Assembly (NCBI GenBank): GCA_963697895.1
Contig: OY969100.1
Span: 128,001-192,000 of the forward strand
Direction: 5' to 3'
Length of the DNA stretch: 64,000 nucleotides
Origin: an uncultured Methanomicrobiales archaeon
Lineage (GTDB): Archaea > Halobacteriota > Methanomicrobia > Methanomicrobiales > Methanospirillaceae
The notes below the pieces were generated by a model that had not been told where the DNA came from, made no database searches, and saw nothing but the letters and a program-made list of their open reading frames with translations. Position numbers and translations under genes: made by a program. This document shows, piece after piece, positions 20,756-30,831 of the stretch (the stretch's first letter is position 1; each line of letters opens with the position of its first letter).

Positions 20756-21898
20756 ATGTTGCGCGTATCGAATCCAGCGGTTAACCGATTGACAGAATTT
20801 TTTTATCTCCCTGATTGTTATCGGAAAATAATAACCAGCAAAGAGTTTAAAAATTCAGGTAAAAGATTACGGGTGGGGGTGGCATTTGATCTTCTGATCC
20901 TTTTTTTCAGCTACAGATCGTTTCCCAGCCACTACGGTATGAACCGGTTATGGGAAATCGACAGATCTCAATGGAAATATTATTTTGGAGACGAACTGAC
21001 AACCTACCAGAGATCAAGGCTGGGGAGCACGGTGGAACCCCGGGAATATGAAATTCTCTTCGATGATAAGGCAGTCTGTGAAATTCTCTGCAGGGGAATC
21101 GGTGTGAGTAATCTTCCCCGTATGCATGGTCTCCTCAGCCCCGGTCAGAACTACCGGGAAAGAATCAGGGCATGGTTACAAAATTCAGCAACAGGTCCCC
21201 TGATCATCAAGCCGGTACGAGGTCATTCGGGGCGGGGTATCGTTCTGGTAAAGGAGATTGAGGGAATTATCATGATCCAATCCCTGTCGGGGTTGGTACC
21301 CCTGGAGGATTTTACGTTGGAGAGACCTGCGATCGTGCAGGAGCTGATAAAGCAGGACCCGAGGATGGCTGCATTTTCCCGATCGTCGGTGAACACCATC
21401 CGCGTCCTGACCATGTTTACCAGGGACGAGTCCGTCATTGTCCTCGCCGCATCGATGCTCTGTGGTATCGGGGATTCTTATGTCAGCAACTGGTCCAGAG
21501 GGGGGGTCGGTCTGGGTGTCGATCCGCTCACCGGGCGGTTAATGAAATACGCGTATGATAAGGACGCAAAAAGGTATTCAAAACATCCGACGTCCGATGT
21601 TCCGTTTGAAGGGTATCAGATACCCGGATGGGAGCGGATCATCGACCTCGCCATAACCATACAGAGGGCTTTTCCCTGTTACCGCATTCTCGGGATCGAT
21701 TTTGCGATCCGGGAAGACGGCGAACCGGTCATCGTTGAAATAAACAGCAATGCAAGTCTTCTCGGACAGGAACAATCCTGCGGACCATTGCTTCAGGCCG
21801 AACAGAATCTCAGAGCGTTCGGGGAATATGACCTGTTTATCAACAGGCACCAGAGGGAACTGTATAAAATTTATAAACGAAAAAACGAGAGGTCATAA
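20756..21898 (+). CDS. Sugar-transfer-associated ATP-grasp ligase (copy 2, tandem paralog)
   Basis: Same motifs as copy 1 (IIKPVRGHSGRGI, SVNTIRV, GIDFA...IVEIN) and long identical stretches with it. Confidence 0.82.
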   Translation: MLRVSNPAVNRLTEFFYLPDCYRKIITSKEFKNSGKRLRVGVAFDLLILFFSYRSFPSHYGMNRLWEIDRSQWKYYFGDELTTYQRSRLGSTVEPREYEILFDDKAVCEILCRGIGVSNLPRMHGLLSPGQNYRERIRAWLQNSATGPLIIKPVRGHSGRGIVLVKEIEGIIMIQSLSGLVPLEDFTLERPAIVQELIKQDPRMAAFSRSSVNTIRVLTMFTRDESVIVLAASMLCGIGDSYVSNWSRGGVGLGVDPLTGRLMKYAYDKDAKRYSKHPTSDVPFEGYQIPGWERIIDLAITIQRAFPCYRILGIDFAIREDGEPVIVEINSNASLLGQEQSCGPLLQAEQNLRAFGEYDLFINRHQRELYKIYKRKNERS

Positions 21899-21899
21899 C

Positions 21900-23804
21900 G
21901 TGTGCGGCATAACGGGCATCTGGTCCTATAATCAACCCGATATTTCAGACCGGGAGATGGACAGCTTCACCGATATTCTTGCGCACCGCGGACCGGACGG
22001 GAGAGGCACGTACCGCGATGGGGGATGCGATCTCCGGCTCGGGCACCGCCGGCTGGCAATACTCGATCTATCGGATGCCGGGCACCAACCGATGAGTTCT
22101 GCCGATGGAAGATATTGGATCGTCTTTAACGGCGAGATCTACAACTACCTTGAACTCAGAGCGGAACTGGAAGCTCTGGGGCATGTATTTACCAGTCACA
22201 CCGATACTGAAGTTCTTCTTGCCTCGTATATTCAGTGGGGGGAAGAATGTCAGCTCAAATGTAACGGGATGTGGGCGTTCGCGATCTGGGATGCGGATAC
22301 CCGGACCCTGTTCCTCTCGAGGGACCGGTTTGGAATAAAGCCCCTTTACTATATCGTGAATGACCGGTTTTTCTCTTTTTCTTCGGAGATGAAAGGATTT
22401 CTCGCGTTAAAGTGCTACAACTACGGATTTGATGACGAAAATATCATACGGACCCTCCGTGAGGTTGACGATCTCGAAGGAACCGAGGAGTGCCTCCTTC
22501 AGGGAGTGAAACGCCTGATCGGGGGGCATTGCCTGACAATCGGATCGAAAAGAAGTCCAAAGATCACCCGATGGTGGGATACCCGCGACCACCTTGTCGA
22601 GGTACCGGAGACCTTTGAAGAACAGGCGAAAAAATTCCGCGAACTTTTTCTGGATGCCTGTCGTATCCGGATGCGCAGCGACGTTTCGATCGCCACAAGC
22701 CTGAGCGGGGGGCTGGATTCCAGTTCCGTACTGGCAGCTGTTTATAAAATAGGGCAGGTCGAAGGGTTTACCACGGACTGGCAGAAGGCATTTGTAGCCT
22801 GCTATCCGGAAACCGGGCTGGACGAGAGTCATTATGCGGGCGTAATGATCGACGCGACCGGAGCATTCCCCGTCTTCACGGAGATCGGGTACGATCTCGT
22901 GAAGAAGCATATCCAGGATATTGTCTATCAAAACGAGGGGATCGATCGGATACTCCTGGAAGGTGCATGGCTCAATTATAAGGCAATGCGGGACAACAAG
23001 GTCGTCGTAAGCCTGGACGGGCACGGTGCCGACGAACTGCTCGCCGGTTACGCAACGATCGTAAACACGGAGAAAAATTATGCTGTCCAGCACGGCAACC
23101 TGTTCTATTATTCCGACCTGCGGAACGTATTGAAAAATCTCAGGGAAGGTTCACAATCCGTACAACTGTCGATCCATGACGACATGATCTATTTTTTTGC
23201 CGCGAATTTCTTCTCGATGGGGAAGAAACTCGCAAATATGCTCCCCAGAAACAACAGGCGAGATCTTTCGCCGGGGTATTCTGCGGTGGTACCCGATCCG
23301 GTCATACAATCACATCTGAATACGACGTTATACGATTATTTTCATTGCCGGAAACTCCAGACCATCCTTCGGATTTTTGATCGTCTGTCCATGGCCCACG
23401 GGATTGAAGTCAGGATGCCTTTCATGGACTGGCGACTGGTGACCTATGCTTTTTCTTTACCGGACAACTGCAAACTCTCGAAGGGGTATACAAAATGGAT
23501 CCTCCGTGCCTCGATGGACTCAATGTTACCCGAATCCATTCGTTTGCGGAAGAATAAAATCGGCTTTTCATCACCGATGACACAATTTTTTGAATCGGGG
23601 CTCGGTGATATCATCCTTCCCCTCATTACCGATTGTGTTCATCGGTACCCGCAATTTTACCCCGAGGGAGATCTGGTGGCGGATATTCAACGGTATACCG
23701 CCCAGAAAAACTGGCCGAAATTACGATCGTTATGGCCAATCCTGCAGATATATCTCTTAATCGATGCGTTTAATAAAAAGAGGGATTCGCTCTTGGCGCT
23801 CTAG
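21900..23804 (+). CDS. asnB: Asparagine synthase (glutamine-hydrolysing) family amidotransferase
   Basis: GTG-CGITG N-terminal Cys, HRGPDG, GHRRL, FNGEIYN, RDRFGIKP, LSGGLDSS, GHGADE, DRLSMAHGIEVRMPF. Confidence 0.93.
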   Translation: MCGITGIWSYNQPDISDREMDSFTDILAHRGPDGRGTYRDGGCDLRLGHRRLAILDLSDAGHQPMSSADGRYWIVFNGEIYNYLELRAELEALGHVFTSHTDTEVLLASYIQWGEECQLKCNGMWAFAIWDADTRTLFLSRDRFGIKPLYYIVNDRFFSFSSEMKGFLALKCYNYGFDDENIIRTLREVDDLEGTEECLLQGVKRLIGGHCLTIGSKRSPKITRWWDTRDHLVEVPETFEEQAKKFRELFLDACRIRMRSDVSIATSLSGGLDSSSVLAAVYKIGQVEGFTTDWQKAFVACYPETGLDESHYAGVMIDATGAFPVFTEIGYDLVKKHIQDIVYQNEGIDRILLEGAWLNYKAMRDNKVVVSLDGHGADELLAGYATIVNTEKNYAVQHGNLFYYSDLRNVLKNLREGSQSVQLSIHDDMIYFFAANFFSMGKKLANMLPRNNRRDLSPGYSAVVPDPVIQSHLNTTLYDYFHCRKLQTILRIFDRLSMAHGIEVRMPFMDWRLVTYAFSLPDNCKLSKGYTKWILRASMDSMLPESIRLRKNKIGFSSPMTQFFESGLGDIILPLITDCVHRYPQFYPEGDLVADIQRYTAQKNWPKLRSLWPILQIYLLIDAFNKKRDSLLAL

Positions 23805-23943
23805 TCGCTTGAGATTTTTCCCGGACGAATTATGGCTGTTCATCCGACAATATCAGTCTGAACGGTCGGTTATTCTTCGTGCATATTTTTCTATCCATCC
23901 CGGACACTTAACAGATTCCCGAATAATTCCAGGAGGCGGGAAA

Positions 23944-24705
23944 CTACTTTTTTCGTTTCAGCACATGTTTTTTCATTTCACCGATCTTATCCAGCGCGGT
24001 CGGTTGGTAAAAGGTGTATTCGATACCGGTGGCAGGAGCTATCTGACAGGGCCGGCACTTCCCACAGGGCAACCCCTGTTTTGGATAATGACAGAACCAG
24101 ATTAGTTCCATGATATCGAAGAAATCTTTTTCTTCCGATATCGTTCGCATCTCCGCTTTGGTCAGGTGGGAAACAGGGAACCGGAAATATTTAAACATCT
24201 CTACAGCCGGTTCTGGAAACGGGCCTTCAACCCGGCATTCGTGCCCCTTACCGTTCAGTGATGGCCCGACAAAATCACGAAATAATAACAATTCTGCGGA
24301 ATGATCTGCCATTAAATCAGAGGGGGGAATTGTCAGAAATGCGTCTTTCTCGACACATAATTCCAGCTCACACGAACAGTTCCTCGCAAAGTTCGCTAAA
24401 ATTTTATATTGTCCCCCGATATGGACCAATCCTGACAGTCGCTGAAACCACCTGTTTATTTCCTCATCCTTCGGGATCGATTCACCCCAGATCATGTTAA
24501 CGGGCAACAGTTCTGTTGCACGGGCGGGAAATTTGGTTTGAAGACGATCCCGGATCTTTGTCATTGCCATGACCTCCTGGGCGAGTGAGTGGTAAGGTCC
24601 GACAATATAATGAGGTTGCACCGTCCGGGTTTCCATTAAGAGCAATTCCAATATCCGGTAGGTCGAATCCCATCCGCCAGTCCAAAGGATATTGATTGCA
24701 TCCAC
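23944..24705 (-). CDS. QueC-like PP-loop ATPase with C-terminal Cys cluster (copy 1)
   Basis: LWTGGWDST PP-loop, FP..HLTK, WFCHYP...PCGKCRPC. Confidence 0.7.
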   Translation of the reverse strand: MDAINILWTGGWDSTYRILELLLMETRTVQPHYIVGPYHSLAQEVMAMTKIRDRLQTKFPARATELLPVNMIWGESIPKDEEINRWFQRLSGLVHIGGQYKILANFARNCSCELELCVEKDAFLTIPPSDLMADHSAELLLFRDFVGPSLNGKGHECRVEGPFPEPAVEMFKYFRFPVSHLTKAEMRTISEEKDFFDIMELIWFCHYPKQGLPCGKCRPCQIAPATGIEYTFYQPTALDKIGEMKKHVLKRKK

Positions 24706-24924
24706 CCGATTTACCCGGTATACTATTTGCCTTGATTTTTATAAATCAGTCTATGACTGAAAAGATTGGCGAGCAACGGATAAAAGGAGAACTTTCCTAT
24801 TATCTCACAAGAATTGGGGAAAAAAGTCCGTATTAAAACGTCTTTTCCCGAAATCTTGCTTAATTCTTTCCTCTTACCTTTAGCCAATTCTTGGTTTAGA
24901 GAACTGAAGGAAACACGATATTGA

Positions 24925-25623
24925 TTATAATATTCGAACAGCAACCTGTTCAAAGCGGGCATTATACGCTATATACTCAAAATTAACCTGATTTTTTTCA
25001 ATATACTCCTTGAACGCTTTATACTCATGGTTTTGCCAACCCGGATAATTAAAAAATTCATCAAAAACAATAATGGTATCTTTGGTAATTCGTGATTTTA
25101 ATAAGTCCAAAATTGTCTTTGTTGAAGAATACAGATCACAATCAACATGAATAAACGAACAAAAATCGGATTCCTCTGATAAAAAAATGGGTATTGTATC
25201 GGTAAACCATCCTTTTTTTAAAATTACAGTATCTCTGACAGATGGCAATTGCTCCATCGCGAAGATTCCCTGAGGTGCATCTCCTCTCCATTTTTCAGGT
25301 AAACCTTCAAATGAGTCAAATCCATAGATCGTATGATTTGTGTGAGAAGCAATATAGTTAATGGATTTTCCTTCAAAAACACCAAATTCCAGATATAAGC
25401 CATCAATTTTGGTGCATTCCAAACAATATTTTAAGAGTGAAAACCGATCTCTAAACGGCCTTGCCATATGCATATCTGTGACGTAAATAAGGTCCACGGT
25501 ATCCTGCAATGCCTTCCTTTGTAACGCCCTTTCAATATTTTTTGCATCTTTATCTGATGCGTAATTAAATAAAATAAAAAAGGGCTCTTTTAAAAAACTG
25601 GTTAATCGGCTTTTTAGACTCAT
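24925..25623 (-). CDS. Class I SAM-dependent methyltransferase, TylF/MycF-like
   Basis: LEFGVFEG, GFDSFEGLP, GWFTDT, HVDCDLYSST, VFDE. Confidence 0.88.
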   Translation of the reverse strand: MSLKSRLTSFLKEPFFILFNYASDKDAKNIERALQRKALQDTVDLIYVTDMHMARPFRDRFSLLKYCLECTKIDGLYLEFGVFEGKSINYIASHTNHTIYGFDSFEGLPEKWRGDAPQGIFAMEQLPSVRDTVILKKGWFTDTIPIFLSEESDFCSFIHVDCDLYSSTKTILDLLKSRITKDTIIVFDEFFNYPGWQNHEYKAFKEYIEKNQVNFEYIAYNARFEQVAVRIL

Positions 25624-25908
25624 GTTTAAATACTGAGTAGGGATAAAACATAAAGAATAGCACAATATTTTTATTATAAAATTCTTCTTTCGCTAATCCC
25701 TTTACGCAGTGATGGTTGCGACTGGAACAGAAGTCCTTGTGGATAAGCACTCAGATTTTCAGTGTAGAAACGACAAATTCTACGCAGTATCTCCAGAGTG
25801 CGCCGGAATTGGAAACGAGAATGGATAGAGATTTTTTTCTGGAAAACTGGTCGCAATTCTTGCTGTCATTCGTTTCAAGCTGACCCAGTTACTTGTTACC
25901 CGTGTCGA

Positions 25909-26812
25909 TTACCGGTTGCCTTGGTTTCTTTTTGCATAATTTTCATAGGCAATTTTCCATGTTTTTGATATTTTCGGTTTATCGATCTCTGGATCCACCA
26001 GACGTTTGAAATGTCCACAATATTGACAAAAAACATTCAACGAGCTGACCATGTCATCGGACGCCTCAGGCAATTGCGTGTACCCGAGGTTGAATTCAAG
26101 TACTCTGTCGATACCGCCGGCGATTGCACACGGATAGTATCCACGGGGAGTCAGACCCATTCCACACACTTTTGCGATCCAGCACGCATTCCGGTAATCT
26201 GCTACATGATAAACGAACTGATCTTTGGGAGCAACATTAAAGACTAAAAAAATACGGAGTTGAGTCTATCTTTTCGGTATTTATTATCTCGATACCTTCA
26301 GGCAGACTGGACAGCATTTTATTTACGAATGTTCCATAGCCATTTGTTGCAACCTCGATCTTTGTTTTAGGAGAATAGTTCTCCTTGTAACCGAGGATCA
26401 TTTTCACAACCTCAGGAAAATGCGGATGCAGTGTCGGCTCCCCGCCCAGGAGGCGAATTCTCTTCCAGCGGACCCCTTCTTTCATGCTCGCGTCAATAAA
26501 ATCCTGGATCTGGTTTAATGTGATATATTCTCTGGAGGGGGCCTGGCTGCATGATCTATTACAATTCGAACATTTTAAATTACAAAAGTACGTTAAATCA
26601 ATTTCTATCAATGTGCGGCTTCGCCTGTATTGAGGCCCGATGAGAGGGGTAATCAAACGGCTTATCCGGAGAAACTCAAGGAAACCCAGTGCTGTATACC
26701 GAAAACTCGGTGAGGTTTCAAATGGTCTCGTTACTCCGAATAACAGGGGGGCGGGGCGTAATTCATAATAAGGAAAAATGCGGTTTAATGCCCTTTCGAA
26801 AAATCTACGCAT
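25909..26812 (-). CDS. Radical SAM protein with Cys-rich C-terminus, split by a +1 frameshift in a T7 run at 26246-26252
   Basis: CNLKCSNC and GGEPTLHP in ORF 26237-26863. Removing one T gives YFLVFNVAP...ACWIAKVCGMG...YYPC...FCQYC, continuing into ORF 25909-26169. Confidence 0.8.
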
Positions 26813-27048
26813 CACGAATAATAATGGTATAAACGGGCAATAAATTTGGTTATAGTGACACATTTCGTGATTAAAAGCCGATGGTATTTTTTTAATATAA
26901 TGGTAAAATTTTCCGGCAGCAGAAAACCAATTGTTACCGGTGGAAATTCTTATATTCTCACAATTTCTATAGAAGGGTAATTTCTATTCCTGATTTAAGA
27001 AAATGCGCAATCTGACATAAATTTTTATGAGAAAACCCTCTAACCTAA

Positions 27049-29313
27049 TTGCAAATGCCAGGAAAAGCAATCTGCCTTGCGACCAATCAATTTGAGGGGA
27101 TAGATCAAATCGGTGGTATCGGTACATATTACCGGGAACTATCAATACTCCTCTCAAAAAACGGCTGGAGTGTTTTTGTGTTATATCTCCCCTATTACAG
27201 CCACGTCAGTGAAGACGAATTAAAGGCATTTTCAAATTCTTTTCTTGAAATCCATGGAATTCCCATTTACGATGCAAGGGTCCTGTGTAAGGGTATCGAA
27301 GATCAAAATGATTTAATAAACGCGTATGAGTTTATGGCACAATCCGATCGCCATCTTGCCCAAAGTCATATGTTACACGAAGCAATTCAAATCCTTCAGA
27401 AAAAATATGACTTCACATTCGATCTTATTGAATTTCATGAATGGCAGGGAATTGGCGCGATTCCCGTGAGGATGAAAAAAATCTGCAAGAGCTATGAAAA
27501 TACGAAAATGATTGTTAAGTTACATAGCCCGGATGCCTGGATAAGAGAAAGTTTTTTTGATCCTTCGTTGTGTCAGAGAGACGTAAAGATCGATTATTTA
27601 AACAGATATTCTTTCGAAAATGCCGACATACAGGTTTCGCCAACAGAATATCTCTTACACTGGTGTACATTTCATGGCTGGGATGTGAGAGATGATGCAT
27701 CTGTATGCAGAAATATAATATCTCTCCCAAAGGAAAAAATTCCTGAAGAATTGGTTAAGGAACATATAATTGCCTTTTTTGGGAGAATCGAAGAGAGAAA
27801 AGGGTTATTAGAATTTATGGATTCCTTATTGTATATTAAAAGAAATCACCCGGAATTTCAGGAAAAATATTCCATTGCTTTTGTCGGTACGAAAGGAAAA
27901 ATTACAAATGAAAGTATTAAGGAACGATTATCGGGATTCAATGTCGAATTTCATTCATTTATTAATAGAGATGATGCATTGGATTTCATAAAGAAAAAAC
28001 CCAGCCTGGTGGTCATACCGTCCTGGCAGGATAATTTCCCTAATACCGTTCTGGAATGCATGTCCCTTGCAGTTCCGTTTATTTCCTCCCGGGGAGGGGG
28101 AATCCCGGAGATGCTGGGAAAAGATAGCGAGTTGTATAATTCAATTTCATGCGACGTTACAGACCCAAAACAATTGGGAGACTTGATCATCAGCTATCTC
28201 AAAAATGAGCCTGAGACTACGATCAGGCTCCTTTCAATGGCACAAGACCGGCTGCAGGAACTCGTGGATCCTGATGTAATATTGAGATGGTACGAAAAAA
28301 ATGTGGAAAATGATGTGCCGTTTAATAATCTCCCCATCAATATCGGAAATCATGAATCAGAAGCTTTGGTTACCCTTTCCGTGCTGGTTAAGGATCAGGT
28401 TACCGAACGATACCTGGAAACGACCCTGCAATCTATTCTGATGCAGACGTACAAAAATATGAAAATTCTCATATACGATACCAGGAGCGACTCTCAGGCC
28501 CTCTTAAGGTTTGATCACCTTAAAAGAAGGTATCCGGACAGGGAAATTACCTTCCTCCACGCCGAGGCCTCTAAAGGGATTAATGAAATGATGACTCACA
28601 TCGATACAAAATATCTTTTGATTGTGGATGATAGGAATATCGCAAAACCTGAGATGGTGGACACTTTTGTCCGGTGTATGGAAAAACAGGATTCCATGGC
28701 CTCCCTGTCATGTTACTACAGGTTTTTTACTGATGAAGACGAGGCCACGATTATGAACCATGTAACAATGTCAAAAGATGGAATTCCAAAAATATCAAAC
28801 AATTCCTTGTTTTCGTCAATAGGTCCCTGCATTCCGTTAATCTTTACTGAAAATATTATGGGAGATTCAAATGCAATATACGTGACAGAGATTGTTAAAA
28901 AGGTCGGTGGATGGCCATATTCAAAAAGTGGTTACCGTGACTGGACGATGCGGGTAAAATTATTGGCATACGGGTATCATATGGATGTACTCCCCGAAGT
29001 CCTCTTCTATTCCCGCCAGGGCCCGGAAGATGAGAAAGCCAAATTAAATTTATTGTATGTTGATGATGTTAATATCAACAATATTAAGAAATTTTTAAAA
29101 ATGTATCCGGATACGTATTCTCAGTATTACTGGAATATTCATAGATTAATGAGATGTCCTCGTCAGGAAAGACGGAAGACCGGAGATGAAAAGAGTCCCT
29201 TGATCCTGATCGGTAAAAGACTGGGAGAATTTGCCGATCGAAATCCGGCATGGAAAAAGATTTTTACCGTTTCTGGTAATTTTTTAAGGAAGATTCTTAT
29301 AAAAAAGGAATAA
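27049..29313 (+). CDS. Bifunctional glycosyltransferase (GT4 plus degenerate GT2)
   Basis: GGIGTY, FGRIEERKG, DNFPNTVLE in the GT-B half; LETTLQSILMQTY, IVDDRN, DW in the GT-A half. Confidence 0.82.
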   Translation: MQMPGKAICLATNQFEGIDQIGGIGTYYRELSILLSKNGWSVFVLYLPYYSHVSEDELKAFSNSFLEIHGIPIYDARVLCKGIEDQNDLINAYEFMAQSDRHLAQSHMLHEAIQILQKKYDFTFDLIEFHEWQGIGAIPVRMKKICKSYENTKMIVKLHSPDAWIRESFFDPSLCQRDVKIDYLNRYSFENADIQVSPTEYLLHWCTFHGWDVRDDASVCRNIISLPKEKIPEELVKEHIIAFFGRIEERKGLLEFMDSLLYIKRNHPEFQEKYSIAFVGTKGKITNESIKERLSGFNVEFHSFINRDDALDFIKKKPSLVVIPSWQDNFPNTVLECMSLAVPFISSRGGGIPEMLGKDSELYNSISCDVTDPKQLGDLIISYLKNEPETTIRLLSMAQDRLQELVDPDVILRWYEKNVENDVPFNNLPINIGNHESEALVTLSVLVKDQVTERYLETTLQSILMQTYKNMKILIYDTRSDSQALLRFDHLKRRYPDREITFLHAEASKGINEMMTHIDTKYLLIVDDRNIAKPEMVDTFVRCMEKQDSMASLSCYYRFFTDEDEATIMNHVTMSKDGIPKISNNSLFSSIGPCIPLIFTENIMGDSNAIYVTEIVKKVGGWPYSKSGYRDWTMRVKLLAYGYHMDVLPEVLFYSRQGPEDEKAKLNLLYVDDVNINNIKKFLKMYPDTYSQYYWNIHRLMRCPRQERRKTGDEKSPLILIGKRLGEFADRNPAWKKIFTVSGNFLRKILIKKE

Positions 29314-29564
29314 GGTGCATCTCGCATTCAATGGAAAGAAAACAGAGCAGATCTATTTCAAAAAAAAAGATTAAGGATCATTCTCTCGCCTGTATATTGA
29401 TCGTCGATATCGTTCGTCATAGGGATAACGATATCACCAGGTCCTGATTCAACATAATCTATCGTGCGTGAAGGGAATCCGATTTCCCCCGCGATATTTT
29501 GGTATCATCTCAGCAATCTTAAATTAACCGATCGATTTGATTTGAAAAAAGATCGGGATCATTC

Positions 29565-30290
29565 CTATTTCCGGCGTAATAATTGTTTTTTAACGGCACC
29601 GACCCTATCCCAGACGGTCGGCTGGTAAAAGGTGTATGTGATACCGGTGGCAGGGGCCATCAGACAGGGACGACACTTCCCGCAGGGCAACCCGTGTTTG
29701 GGATAATGACAAAACCAGGTCAGTTCCATGATATCGAAGAAGCCCTGTTCCTCCGATATTGCCCGCATCTCGGCTTTGGTGAGGTGGCAGACCGGGAACC
29801 GGAAATATTTGAACATCTCTATCGCAGGTTCCGGAATCGGTCCCTCTATCCGGCATTCATGGCCTTTTCCGGTCAGCAATGGCCGGATAAAATCCCGGAA
29901 CAGCAATAAATCTGCATTAAATCCCGATAATTTTTCGATACACAATTCCAGCCCGTTCCCGGAATACTTGGCAAAATACGCCAATAGCTCATATTGTCCT
30001 CCGATATGCACCAATGTTTTCAGTCGCTGAAAACACCGGGTTATCTCCTCGTCCCTCGGGATCGATTCGCCCCAGACCATGTTCACCGGCAACAGGTTCG
30101 CGGCCCGGGTGGGAAATGTGTCCCGGACGCGTTGCCGGATCCTCGTCATCGCAATGACCTCCTGGGCGAGCGAGTGGTACGGTCCGACAATATAATGGGG
30201 CTGCACCGTCCTGTTCTCGATCACTGCCAGTTCAAGAACCCGGTATGTGGAATCCCAGCCACCTGTCCAGAGGACATCGATTGCATCCAT
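29565..30290 (-). CDS. QueC-like PP-loop ATPase (copy 2, paralog of 23944-24705)
   Basis: LWTGGWDST, WFCHYPKHGLPCGKCRPC; collinear with copy 1. Confidence 0.7.
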   Translation of the reverse strand: MDAIDVLWTGGWDSTYRVLELAVIENRTVQPHYIVGPYHSLAQEVIAMTRIRQRVRDTFPTRAANLLPVNMVWGESIPRDEEITRCFQRLKTLVHIGGQYELLAYFAKYSGNGLELCIEKLSGFNADLLLFRDFIRPLLTGKGHECRIEGPIPEPAIEMFKYFRFPVCHLTKAEMRAISEEQGFFDIMELTWFCHYPKHGLPCGKCRPCLMAPATGITYTFYQPTVWDRVGAVKKQLLRRK

Positions 30291-30831
30291 TCGATATGCC
30301 TATGACACTATTTTCCCTGGATTTTATAAAACATCCCGTACCCGAGACGAGAGGAGAGATCGGATAAACCACTTTCCCTGAGCCGTTCCTTTTCCTGAAG
30401 GTATGGGGAAGAATTCTTCCGCACGTATGCGAAAAGGCAGATCCTTTTAACCTAATCAACACGGGACCGTGAATAACAAACAAATCCAGGAGAGCGTGAT
30501 AGCTCTTTTATGTATCAGGATCTGGTGAATCACATGATTCAATCAAATTTCCGTCTTTCTACGCCACTAACTGCCTTGGCAGGAGGATCCATTCTTTAAG
30601 AAAAACGAACCCTTGTTCAGATTCGAAGGTCTGCGAACATATCCCTGGTATCGTGGGAACGGGTCCGAAGGGATTTGGACCGGGCCACAGGGTGAAAAAG
30701 CCGGGCACTTCTCCCGAACCGGGCTACAAGTCCCACCCGTGCGCCGAGCAGCCTTATTGCAATGCGGGAAACTGTTAAACATATCTTAAGGTATATGAAG
30801 CTCGGTACGTGGTACATGAATTGAGAAAGCG

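Noticed and set aside
23944-30290. QueC-based defence or DNA-modification system (Qat, CBASS type IV, Dpd)
   Set aside because: No TGT/DpdA, TatD, cyclase or P-loop ATPase partners in the window.
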